DNA of 63,739 nt, counting the filler, from a bacterium (GTDB taxonomy: Bacteria > JBDRGX01), in the NCBI GenBank assembly GCA_043817485.1. It is 7 parts of 7 records of this genome, joined end to end, with 100 filler letters (N's around TTAATTAATTAA, not from the genome) between each part and the next. Parts side by side here need not be neighbours in the genome. Positions count along the whole stretch, not along the records: positions 47,857 to 52,966 come from JBDRGX010000049.1; positions 53,067 to 63,739 come from JBDRGX010000050.1; 5 more parts are not named here. One strand, given 5' to 3'. The notes beneath the pieces are model-generated. The model saw only the letters and a program-made list of their open reading frames with translations. It ran no database searches and was not told the origin of the DNA. Made by a program: the position numbers and the translations under genes. Positions within the stretch are counted from its first letter, which is position 1. Each line of letters opens with the position of its first letter. Positions 51,924 to 62,500 of the stretch are shown here, one piece after another.

Positions 51924-52966
51924 TTATTTAATTATTGGCAAATTAATTTTTACTGTAGTTCCTTGATTTTCTTTACTTTCAATTAAAATAGAACCATTGT
52001 GTTCTGTCATAATTCTATGAACTATAGCCAAACCTAATCCCATACCTTTTTTTTTATTTGAAAAATGAGGATAAAATATTTTATCTTTAATTTTTTCTGA
52101 AATTCCACAACCTTCATCTTGTATTTCTATTTGAATAGAAAAATTATTTTGAAAAGTTTTAATTTTAATTTCTCCTCCAGAAGATAAAGATTCAATTGCA
52201 TTTTTTACAAGATTAATAAATACTCGTTTTAATTGCTCAAAATCTCCTAAAATTAAAGGTAAATTTTTATCTAAATTTTCCTTAATTTTAAATTTTGGAG
52301 ACAAATGAGAATATAATTCTAAAATTGTATTTATTATTTCATTAACATTAATTTTTTCAAAAATTGGATTAGGAATACGAGCAAATTCTGAAAATTCATT
52401 TATTAAAGATTCTAAATTTTCTGTTTCTTGAATAATAGTATTTGTAGATTCTTTTAATATTTTTTCATATTGTTTTGAATTTTCTTTGTAAGTTTTTTCT
52501 AATCTTTCTGCACATAATTTAATTGGAGTTAAAGGATTTTTTATTTCATGAGCTAATTCTTGAGCCATTTCTTTCCATGTAGCAATTTTTTGTGTAGAAA
52601 TAAGTTCTTGTTTATGTTTTCTTAAATCTTCTATCATTTTATTAAAAGATTTTATTAATATTTCAAATTCATTTTTTCCTTTTAAAGGGATTTGATAATT
52701 AAAATTTTCACAAGCAATTTCTTCAGTTCCTTTAATTAATTCTTGTATTGGAGATATAATTTTTTTTGCAAATAAAAAACTTACCCATATAGCCAAATTA
52801 ATTAATAAAAATGTAAGTATTACAAAAAATACTATAATAATAATTTTTAATGGATTTCTAATTAATTCTATTTTTTTATAAGTTTGTAAAGATTTTTGTA
52901 ATTTATATACTTTATCAGCATCTATTTTAGTAATTTCTTTATCTTTGTAAAAATAATTAATCATAT
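51924..52966 (-). CDS. NtrY-like HAMP sensor histidine kinase (5'-truncated)
   Basis: W.EMAQELAHEIKNPLTPI, NLVKNA, DEGCGI, GMGLGL. Confidence 0.9.
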
Positions 52967-53067
52967 NNNNNNNNNNNNNNNNNNNNNNNNNNNNNNNNNN
53001 NNNNNNNNNNTTAATTAATTAANNNNNNNNNNNNNNNNNNNNNNNNNNNNNNNNNNNNNNNNNNNNA

Positions 53068-53421
53068 GTTTATCTCTTTGATATTAAGACAGCAAAACCT
53101 AATGCAGGTGGCTTCAAAGAATTTAAGCGGACACTTTTAGAATGGATTGCTGCAATACTTGCAACAAACCCGACAGAAAATGTTCAATCGCTCATTGCAA
53201 TTCCTTACAATCCTTATGAACCACAGCCCTACAATCGCTGGACAATGCGAGGGATGTTAGACCTTGACAATGAATTAAAGGTCGCCAATGAGTTTTGGGA
53301 CTTTATTGGTGGCTCTGGTGCATATCTTGACTTGCTGGACATCTTTGAGAGGATTGGGATTGAATTACGCCCAGAGATTGACCAATATTTTGCACGATAT
53401 AACAAACTCAATGCAAAATAA
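53068..53421 (+). CDS. Type II restriction endonuclease (TdeIII-like), C-terminal part; not in the ORF track
   Basis: Manual translation VYLFDIKTAKPN..KRTLLEW..AIPYNPYEP.PY.RWT..EFWDFIGG..Y.DLL..FE..G.ELR.EID; more GC-rich than host genes. Confidence 0.75.
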   Translation, partial: VYLFDIKTAKPNAGGFKEFKRTLLEWIAAILATNPTENVQSLIAIPYNPYEPQPYNRWTMRGMLDLDNELKVANEFWDFIGGSGAYLDLLDIFERIGIELRPEIDQYFARYNKLNAK

Positions 53422-53484
53422 TTTTACTTTTGTTTTATAAAATTAAAATTTATAAAAATAATGAAAAAAATTGATACAAAAACA

Positions 53485-53512
53485 GTAGGGGCAAACGACC
53501 GTTCGCCCCTAT
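53485..53512. repeat. Intact GTAG-type REP palindrome
   Basis: gtaggggcaaacg-ac-cgttcgcccctat. Confidence 0.75.
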
Positions 53513-53569
53513 CTGTAATTATCTTTAAAAGCAATTAAAATATTTTTTAAATTTTTTTCTTAGGAGTAA

Positions 53570-56182
53570 ATGTTGAAAAGTATAGAAGTAAGAAATAAAT
53601 TTTGTAATTTTTTTAATAAAAAAAATCATAAAATTTTACCAAGTTTTTCATTATTACCTAAAGATGATCCAAGTTTGCTTTTTATAAATGCTGGAATGGC
53701 TCCATTAAAAAATTTCTTTTTAGGAAAATCTTTACCACCATCTAAAAATATTGTCACTATTCAAAAATGTCTTCGTATTAGTGGAAAACATAATGATTTA
53801 GAAAATGTAGGACAAACTCCAAAGCATCATACTTTTTTTGAAATGATGGGCAATTTTTCTTTTGGAGGTTATTTTAAAGAAACTGCTTGTGAATTAGCAT
53901 GGGAATTTTTAACAAAAGAAATGGAAATTCCACAAGAAAAATTATGGATTGCTATGGTAGAAGAAGATGATGAAGTTTTTAAAATTTGGCATCATAAAAT
54001 AGGAATTCCACAAGAAAGAATTAAAAAATATCCTTTAAAAGATCTTTTTTGGGAAATGGGAGAAATAGGTCCTTGTGGTTCTTGTACAGAAATTCATTAT
54101 GATTATGAAATAAAATGTAAATATAAAAATATTGATTGTGGGCCTTTATGTGATTGTGGTCGGTTTTTAGAAATATGGAATATAGTTTTTCAAGAAAAAG
54201 AAAAAACACTAAATGGTCAATTAATTTCTTTACCTCAAAAAAATATTGATACTGGAATGGGATTTGAGCGATTATGTGCTCTTGTTCAAAACTGTAATTC
54301 TAATTTTGAAATTGATATTATAAAACCACTTATTATACAAGTTGCTGAAATGAGTAAATTAAATTATGGAGAAAATAATACTTCTAACATTGCAATGAGA
54401 GTTATTGTTGATCATATTAGAACTTTGGTTTTTGCTATTGCTGATGGAATTTATCCAGCCAATATAGGACAGGGTTATGTTTTAAGAAAACTTTTACGAA
54501 GAGCAGTTAAATATGGAAAACATCTTAATTTAGATAAATCATTTTTATATCTTTTAGTCCCTTCTGTAATAGAATTGATGAAAAATCCATATGATCAATT
54601 AATACAAGCAAAAAAAGAAATTGTTGAAGTTATTTTAAGAGAAGAAGAAAATTTTGAAAAAACTTTAAGCAAAGGTAAAGAATTATTTGAAAAATATAAA
54701 TCAGGTGATGCAATTTTTGGAAAAGAAATTTATTATTATTATGATACTTTAGGTATTCCTATGGATTTAATGGAAGAAATAGCCATAGAAAAAAGTTTGA
54801 AATTAGATAAAGAAGATTTTAGTAAAATAATTGCTGAACAAAAAAATCTTTCGAGAAATATTACAAAAAATATTCAAACAAAAATAGAAGAATTAGATCC
54901 AAAAATTAAAAATTTAGAAAAAAGTGTTTTTAAAGGTTATGAATTAGATGAAATTGAAACAGAAGTAATTGCTATATTGAAAAAAAATACATTAGTAGAA
55001 GAAATTTGTGATAATGAAAAAATAGGTATTATTCTTAAAGAAACACCTTTTTATGCTGAAGAAGGTGGACAAATAAGTGATAAAGGGATAATTGAAGGAA
55101 ATTTTGGAAAAGTAGAAGTAGAAGAAGTAAAAGAAATTTTTCCAGATATTTTTTCTTGTTTTGGAAAAGTAATTGGAAAAATAAAATCGGGCGAAAAAGT
55201 AAAAGCAAAAATAGACACATGCCATAGACATGAAATTTCTGCTAATCATACAACAACACATATTCTTCATAGTATTTTAAAAACGGTTTTAGGAGATCAT
55301 GTTCGTCAAGCTGGTTCTTTAGTAACAGAAAATAAATTACGGTTTGATTTTACTCATTTTGAAGCAATAGATAAAAAAAATCTTTTTAAAATTGAAGAAT
55401 TAGTAAATGAAGAAATAAAAAAAAATACAAAAGTAGAAATATTAGAAATGTCTTTTACTCAAGCTAAAGAACAGGGCTCTATTGCTTTATTTGAAAAAAA
55501 ATATAAAGATTTTGTAAGAGTAGTTAAAATAGGTTCTTTAAGCATGGAACTTTGTGGAGGCACACATTTAAAAAATACACAAGAAATAGGTTTATTTAAA
55601 ATAGTTCAAGAAACAAATATAGCTGCTGGAATAAGAAGAATAGAAGCTTTAACTGGAAAATTAGCTTATAAATGTTTTAGAGAAAAAGAAGAAAAATTAT
55701 CTTTTTTATTAGAAGAATTAGAAATACAAGAAAATAATTTATTTTTGCATATTAAAAAATTAAAAGAAGAACATAAAAACTTAATTAAAGAAAATAATTC
55801 TTTGAAAAATAAATTATTGCTTTATTCTATTCAAGAATTATTAGATAAAATTCAAACAATAAATGGAATAAAAGTTTTAAGTATAAGAAAAGATTTAGAT
55901 AATGTTTCAATGAAATTTTTAATTGATAAATTAATGAATGAAATAAAAGACGGAATAATAGTATTAGGCTCTATCTATGAAAATAAAATAAATTTAATGG
56001 TTAAAGTAAGTTTAAATTTAAGCGAAAAAATATCAGCAAATGAACTTATTAAAAAAATAGCATTTATTTTCGAATCTAAAGGTGGTGGAAATTCAATTTT
56101 TGCTCAAGCAGGTGGTGGAAATTTATACAAATTAGATGATGCTTTAAATTCTGTTCAAGAAATTATTAAAACAAGTTTTTAA
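53570..56182 (+). CDS. alaS: Alanine--tRNA ligase
   Basis: LLFINAGM, HHTFFEMMGNFSFG, DTGMGFER, TPFYAE.GGQ, HTTTH, ELCGGTH, GKGGG-like C-terminus. Confidence 0.97.
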   Translation: MLKSIEVRNKFCNFFNKKNHKILPSFSLLPKDDPSLLFINAGMAPLKNFFLGKSLPPSKNIVTIQKCLRISGKHNDLENVGQTPKHHTFFEMMGNFSFGGYFKETACELAWEFLTKEMEIPQEKLWIAMVEEDDEVFKIWHHKIGIPQERIKKYPLKDLFWEMGEIGPCGSCTEIHYDYEIKCKYKNIDCGPLCDCGRFLEIWNIVFQEKEKTLNGQLISLPQKNIDTGMGFERLCALVQNCNSNFEIDIIKPLIIQVAEMSKLNYGENNTSNIAMRVIVDHIRTLVFAIADGIYPANIGQGYVLRKLLRRAVKYGKHLNLDKSFLYLLVPSVIELMKNPYDQLIQAKKEIVEVILREEENFEKTLSKGKELFEKYKSGDAIFGKEIYYYYDTLGIPMDLMEEIAIEKSLKLDKEDFSKIIAEQKNLSRNITKNIQTKIEELDPKIKNLEKSVFKGYELDEIETEVIAILKKNTLVEEICDNEKIGIILKETPFYAEEGGQISDKGIIEGNFGKVEVEEVKEIFPDIFSCFGKVIGKIKSGEKVKAKIDTCHRHEISANHTTTHILHSILKTVLGDHVRQAGSLVTENKLRFDFTHFEAIDKKNLFKIEELVNEEIKKNTKVEILEMSFTQAKEQGSIALFEKKYKDFVRVVKIGSLSMELCGGTHLKNTQEIGLFKIVQETNIAAGIRRIEALTGKLAYKCFREKEEKLSFLLEELEIQENNLFLHIKKLKEEHKNLIKENNSLKNKLLLYSIQELLDKIQTINGIKVLSIRKDLDNVSMKFLIDKLMNEIKDGIIVLGSIYENKINLMVKVSLNLSEKISANELIKKIAFIFESKGGGNSIFAQAGGGNLYKLDDALNSVQEIIKTSF

Positions 56183-56226
56183 ATTAATTAATAAATTTTA
56201 AATAATAGGAATTTACAAAAAAAATT

Positions 56227-57270
56227 GTGAAAAAAATAATTTATATTATTATATTTTTTTTTATTTCTATTTCTTTTACTTATCATTATTATCTAAATTT
56301 TTCTCGAAAAGCCTTTTTTGCACAAAAATTTATTGATAATAATTTAATCAAATCAAACATATATCCGAAAGATATTATCGAAGAAAAAATTTTATTTAAA
56401 AAACAAAATTTTAGTAAATGGCCTTGTAAATACAAAAAAATTGCTATTCCTAAATTTTCATCATTTCAAATTTATCAAAAAAATATTTTTCTTATTTCTA
56501 AAAAAATAAATGCTAAAATTACAAGTTGTGAAAAAGAAAATTCTTGCAATATTAGTATAAAATTAAATGACAAAAATATTTATTTTTTAACTTTAATTAA
56601 AAAACCATCTTTAGTTTTAATTATTGATGATTTTGGATATGGGAAAAAAATAGCTCAAAAATTTCTAAATTTAAAAAATATTGGTTTAACTTTTTCTATT
56701 TTACCACACCTACCTTATTCTTTACAAATAGCACAAATAGCTCAAAAAAATGGATTTGAAATAATATTGCATCTTCCAATGGAGCCCTGTGAAAAACACT
56801 TAAAAAAAATAATGGAAAAACAAACAATAATGAATTATATGCAAAAAGAAGAAATTGAAAAAATAGTACAAAAAGGAATAAAAAGCATGCCAGAAATAAA
56901 AGGTGTAAACCAACATATGGGTTCAAAAATTATACAAAATAAAAAAATTATGGAAATTATATTAACAGAATTAAAAAAAGAAAATTTATATTTTATTGAT
57001 AGTTTAACTAATTCCAAATCTGTAGTTAAAATGCTTGCAAAAGAAATTGGAATACAAATAAATACAAATAATTTATTTATAGATAATAAAAAAGATATTG
57101 TTTGTATTAAAGAAATGCTTAATAAATTAGTTTTGAGAAGTTTGAAAAAAGGAGAAGTAATTGGAATTGGACATGTCAACGAAATAACTTTTCAAGCAAT
57201 TAAAGAAAGTATTCCATTGTTTAAAAATAAAGATGTTTGGTTATTTTATGCTTCACAACTGGTAAAATAA
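56227..57270 (+). CDS. Divergent polysaccharide deacetylase family protein
   Basis: IIDDFG, LHLPMEP, GVNQHMGS, FIDSLT, FIDN, IGIGH. Confidence 0.88.
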   Translation: MKKIIYIIIFFFISISFTYHYYLNFSRKAFFAQKFIDNNLIKSNIYPKDIIEEKILFKKQNFSKWPCKYKKIAIPKFSSFQIYQKNIFLISKKINAKITSCEKENSCNISIKLNDKNIYFLTLIKKPSLVLIIDDFGYGKKIAQKFLNLKNIGLTFSILPHLPYSLQIAQIAQKNGFEIILHLPMEPCEKHLKKIMEKQTIMNYMQKEEIEKIVQKGIKSMPEIKGVNQHMGSKIIQNKKIMEIILTELKKENLYFIDSLTNSKSVVKMLAKEIGIQINTNNLFIDNKKDIVCIKEMLNKLVLRSLKKGEVIGIGHVNEITFQAIKESIPLFKNKDVWLFYASQLVK

Positions 57271-57271
57271 T

Positions 57272-58636
57272 TTATTTTCCAATACAAAAATTAGAAAATA
57301 TGTGATTAAGAATATCTTCTGTAGAAGTTTCCCCAATAATATTTCCTAATTCATTTAAAGATTCTTTTAATTCTAAAGAAATAATTTCTATTCCTTGATT
57401 TTTTTCAATTAAAAGAAAAGCAGATTTTAAATGATAAATTGTTTTTTCTAAAGCACATTTATGTCTTAAATTCGTAATCATTACTTCTTCTAAATTAAAA
57501 TTTTCAGATAAAAATTGCTTTACAATTAAATCTTCTAAATCATCCATTCCTTGACAAGTCAAAGCAGAAATTTTTACAATCATTTCATTTTTAAAATAAT
57601 CTGTATCAAGCATTGTAGATAAATCTATTTTGTTAATAACAATAATTCTTTTTTTATCTATTATTTTTTGAAAAATATTTTTATCCTCATCATTAAATAA
57701 TTGAGAATTATCTAAAACAACTAAAATTAAATCTGCTTCATTTATTGATTTGTAAGTTCTTTCTACCCCTTTTTGTTCAATTATAGAATTAGATTCTCTT
57801 ATTCCAGCTGTATCAACTAAAGTAATCGGAATACCTTTAATATTTAAACTTTCTTCAATAGTATCTCTTGTAGTGCCAGGATATTCTGAAACAATGGCTC
57901 TATCTTTTTTTAACAAAGAATTTAAAATACTTGATTTTCCTACATTGGGCTGTCCAATAATAGAAATTTTTAATCCTTCTTGAAATAATTTTCCTTGTTC
58001 AAAAGTTTTTGATAAAAGTTTGCATTTATTTTTTACTTTTTGAATTTTTTCTTGAATTTGATAAGCAGAAAGAAAATCAATATCTTCCTCAGAAAAATCA
58101 ATACTTACTTCAATTAAAGCAAGTATTTCTATAATTTCATTTTTTATTTCATTTATTTTTTGAGATAAACTGCCTTCTAATTGTTTTAAAGCTATTTTTA
58201 AAGAAATTTCTGTTTTTGCTTTTATTAATGATAATATTGCTTCTGCTTGAGAAAGATCTATTCTTCCATTTAAAAATGCTCTTTTAGTAAATTCACCTGG
58301 TTCTGCTATACGAGCATTATTTTGAAGAACTTCTTTTAAAACTAATTGACTACAAATAATACCACCATGACAATGAATTTCAACAATATCTTCTTTAGTA
58401 TATGTTTTTGGTGATTTCATTATTAAAACTAAAACTTCATCAATAAGTTTTTGAGTAGTAGATGAAATGATGTGTCCATAATGAATAGAATGAGATTCTT
58501 TTGAAAAAAAATTACCTTTTTTCTTTTTAAATATTTTTTTAAGAATAGGAATAGATAAACTACCACTTATCTTAACAATACTAATACCACCTTGACCTAT
58601 AGGTGTAGAAATAGCAACAATTGTATCATTAAACAT
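57272..58636 (-). CDS. mnmE: tRNA modification GTPase
   Basis: DTIVAIST, GEFTKRAFLNGR, GQPNVGKSS, GTTRD, DTAG, FCIGK. Confidence 0.97.
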   Translation of the reverse strand: MFNDTIVAISTPIGQGGISIVKISGSLSIPILKKIFKKKKGNFFSKESHSIHYGHIISSTTQKLIDEVLVLIMKSPKTYTKEDIVEIHCHGGIICSQLVLKEVLQNNARIAEPGEFTKRAFLNGRIDLSQAEAILSLIKAKTEISLKIALKQLEGSLSQKINEIKNEIIEILALIEVSIDFSEEDIDFLSAYQIQEKIQKVKNKCKLLSKTFEQGKLFQEGLKISIIGQPNVGKSSILNSLLKKDRAIVSEYPGTTRDTIEESLNIKGIPITLVDTAGIRESNSIIEQKGVERTYKSINEADLILVVLDNSQLFNDEDKNIFQKIIDKKRIIVINKIDLSTMLDTDYFKNEMIVKISALTCQGMDDLEDLIVKQFLSENFNLEEVMITNLRHKCALEKTIYHLKSAFLLIEKNQGIEIISLELKESLNELGNIIGETSTEDILNHIFSNFCIGK

Positions 58637-58714
58637 AAAATATAATCTTTTTTTTATTTAAATAATTCATTATTATTTTGTAATTTTGTATATGAAAAAA
58701 TAAATTTTTATAAT

Positions 58715-59566
58715 TTATTTTCCCCCCCAAATTATACTTAAAGAAATTACATGAGGAGCTTCATTTATTTTAGAAGATAAATAAGCATAATCAATTTTAT
58801 ATTGATTATATTGAATACCTACTCCTACGCAAGGATTATTTTTTTCCATACCTGCTCTTAAAGCAAATATTTTAATTATTTGATATTCTACTCCAAAATT
58901 TAAAAAAACATTAAGTTTTTTGTCTTCTACTTCTGATTTAGTTACCACATCTAAAGAACATTTTAATTTATTTTCTAAAAATCTAATTGCAGTTCCTATT
59001 CTATAAGAACATGGAGCTATTTCATTTTTTACATCACTACTAATATTTTTTCCTACCATTCCTATAGAAAAATTTTCATAAGGAAAAAATAAAAATCCTA
59101 AATCAAGTCCTAATCCAGCACCTCCGCCAATTTTAGAATTAATTGAAAATCGTTTTACATTTAATCCTAAAAAGAAAGCATCTGTTATTTTTAGTCCATA
59201 TCCTAAAGAAAAAACATCATCTATCATTTTGCTTTTTTCTTCTTCTCGTCCTTGTTTAAGAGTACCAGTAACATTTGACCATGAAAGTCCAATTGCACTA
59301 TTTTTCAAAGGATGAACATGTGCAAAATAATTAAAATTATAACCTAAATCAGAAAATTTATACATGCCAATTGTTTCGTCTTTTTTCACTTGAGGAAGTC
59401 CAGCTGCATTCCAATAACAAGCATTAACATCATCAACTAAAGCAGTAAAAGCACTTCCCATTCCTTGTGGTCTTGCTCCTAATTGCCAATCAATAGATGT
59501 TCCAAAAAGAAAAGAATTAACAGTTAAAACCAATATAATTAATATCATTTTTTTCAAAATAAACAT
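58715..59566 (-). CDS. PorV/PorQ-like outer-membrane beta-barrel protein
   Basis: Signal peptide, GARPQGMGSAFTALVDD..A.YWNAAGL, ALRAG, IDYAY. Confidence 0.8.
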   Translation of the reverse strand: MFILKKMILIILVLTVNSFLFGTSIDWQLGARPQGMGSAFTALVDDVNACYWNAAGLPQVKKDETIGMYKFSDLGYNFNYFAHVHPLKNSAIGLSWSNVTGTLKQGREEEKSKMIDDVFSLGYGLKITDAFFLGLNVKRFSINSKIGGGAGLGLDLGFLFFPYENFSIGMVGKNISSDVKNEIAPCSYRIGTAIRFLENKLKCSLDVVTKSEVEDKKLNVFLNFGVEYQIIKIFALRAGMEKNNPCVGVGIQYNQYKIDYAYLSSKINEAPHVISLSIIWGGK

Positions 59567-59584
59567 TTTAACCTCCCTATTATT

Positions 59585-62500
59585 TTATTTTACAACACCA
59601 ATTAAATTAGAAAATTTCTTTATTTCTTTATCTGTTTTTATTTCTATTCGATAAATATAAATACCAGAACCTACATAATTATCAAATTGATTTAAACCAT
59701 TCCAAGCATAAGAATTATTTTCACCAGCTCTTTCTGATTTATCCTTAACTAATACTCTAACTAAATCACCCATTATATCATATATTTTAATAGTAATAGA
59801 ACTATCTTTTACAAGATCTATAACAAAAGTAGTACCATCTTCTAATCTAAAAGGATTTCGAGTAAGAAATGCTTTATCTTTTTTAACAAATGGGTCTAAA
59901 TTTATTCCTATTCCAAAAATTCCTAAATGATTTACTTTAACAGAAATTAAATTTTCAGACACATCTCTTTTTTCAATACCACATCTTACCCATTCTTGTC
60001 CTTCCCAACAAAAAATTTCTAATTTATTTTCTTGTTCAAGAGAAACATCTTTACTTAATTCTATATCAGAATGAGTATAAGGAATTGTAATAATTACAGG
60101 TTTGTAAAATACTAAATTTTCTGGTCCAATTTTTCTAAATCCACTTACTAATTTTAATTGGGGATCTAATGGTTTAACTAATAAATTAGGAGAAATTGTT
60201 TGAATAGAAATTTTTATATCATTCTGTAAAGCATTTATAGGTATTTCAATACTTGTTCTATCTGGACTTTTTATTATTCCACCATTTATTCCAATTGTAT
60301 CACTATTTTTAGGAATTTTATAAAAAATTGTTTGTTTATAAGTTTCAGACTTGTTTGAAATTTTATCAAAAGCTATAATAGAAATATTATTACTTCCTTC
60401 TACTAATTGAGGAATATAGGCAATAATTTTATTTTCAACTGGTACAATTTCTTTTTTAAAAAATTCTTCTTCTTTATTATTAATAATTTTTAAATTAATT
60501 GTTTTAACACCAGAAGTTTCATCTTTTGTAATAATAGTCAAAGTGATTTTTTCTACATAAACTTCTTGTTCTTTATCTACTTTTACTGGTAATGGAGTAA
60601 TAATAACAGATTCTATTTTAGGAGATGTGTTATCTATTGTTATTTCGACTTTATTTGAAACAAGTTTGTTATTTCTTTGATCATAAACTATACTATATAT
60701 GTCATATAATCCATCTTCTATTTTTAATGTATCCCATACAATTTTCCAACCATTTTCTTTTGAAGTATCTAATCCTATTATTGTCTCTTCTTTTTCTTTT
60801 TTTTGACTATAAAATTCGATTTTTTCAATACCTATAGCATCAGCAACACTAGCTTCTATGGTTAAACTTCCTTTATGAATAGAATTTGGTAAAGGTTTAG
60901 TAATAACACAATTTTCTGGAGAAGTATTATCTATTGTAATAGCAATGCTTTCTGATGCCAATTCATTTCCACTTTTATCAATAGCTTTAACATATAAAGT
61001 ATGAGCACCATCATCTTTATTTATTGTATTCCAAGTATAGGTATAAGGACTTGTTTTATCTTCTCCTAATTTTGCTCCATTTTTATAAAATTCAACTTTG
61101 TCTAAATTTATATCAGTAGCTTCTGCTGTTAATACAAGATTCCCAGAATAAATACCAGATATTGGAGAAGTCAAGGTAGATACTGTTGGTTTTGTATTAT
61201 CAATAGTTATTGTTATTGCTTCACTATCTTTAAAATTTTCTGTATTATCATAAACTCTAACATATAAATTTTTTATTCCATCATCTTGTTGATTTGTTGT
61301 CCAAATATATTCATAAGGACTTGTTTTATCTTCTCCTAATAAAATACCATTTGCTGTAGGATTTCCATTGTAAAAAACTATTCTATTTATACCAATTGCA
61401 TCAGTTCCATTAGCTACAATTTTAAATGTTTCTTTAAGATAAGTATTAACTAATGGTAAGGTAATATTGGTAATTGTAGGAGTTGTATTATCTATTGTGA
61501 TAATAATAGATCTCGAATCAAGCATATTTCCCTGTCCATCAATTGCCCGAGCGTAAATATTATGTATTCCATCATTTGCTGATGTTGTTCCCCATGTATA
61601 TATCCATCCATTACTACTTCCTATATCTTCTCCTAATTTTGTTCCTGTTCCAGGAATTCCATCCCAAAATTCTACTTTTGCAATGCTTAAATTATCTGCA
61701 ACTAATGCTTCAATAATAAGATTTCCTTTATGATAACTATTTTGAATTGGAAAAATAATTCCTATTGATTGAGGTGCAGCATTATCAACAACAATCAATC
61801 GAATTTCAGAATAACCTATTTTATTTAAACTATCTGTAGCTTTAATTCTAAAAATATGTGATCCATTTGGAATATTTGTAGTATCCCATATATAAGGAGA
61901 AGTTGCTGATGTATAAGTAGATCCATCAAAGGAAATTTCTGTACTAACAATAGTAGCAGGATTAACAGCAATTGCTGTAAAATTGATGGAAATAGAACCA
62001 GAAACAGCTGTCCCTGAATTTGGTGTAGAAATTGTAACTGTAGGTAAATTAATATTATTTGTTGAATTATTTTGAATAGTTATATTTCTTATTTGAATAA
62101 TTTCTATATTAGAAGAATCAATTGCTTTTATTTTTAATTCATAAGTTCCATCTGCTCTAATCATTGTATTAAAATCAGCTACAAAGTAAGGCGTATTAGA
62201 TATTTGTGTCATTTGTATCCAATTACTATCTCCTTCAATCTGATATTCTACTTTACTGATAGATAATCCCCAAATATCAGCAGGAAGAACATAAGCACAT
62301 AAAGGATAAGTTCCCTCAATAATACTATTTTTTGAAGGATACATTACTTGTAAATAAGGAGCACCCAATTGTAGATATGCCCAACCAATACTTATATTCG
62401 TAGATGTACTTGTACTATCTACAAATTGTGTATCAGTATTAGCTATAGATTCCAACCAAAAATTTTGTCTTCCTAAAGGCATATCTTCATCATGATATGA

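Noticed and set aside
53229-53411. 60-aa minus-strand ORF
   Set aside because: Shadow of the plus-strand restriction-enzyme frame
1589-60837. Many 60-126 aa ORFs nested in or antisense to long genes
   Set aside because: Low-complexity F/I/L/K-rich translations expected from AT-rich DNA, with no motifs
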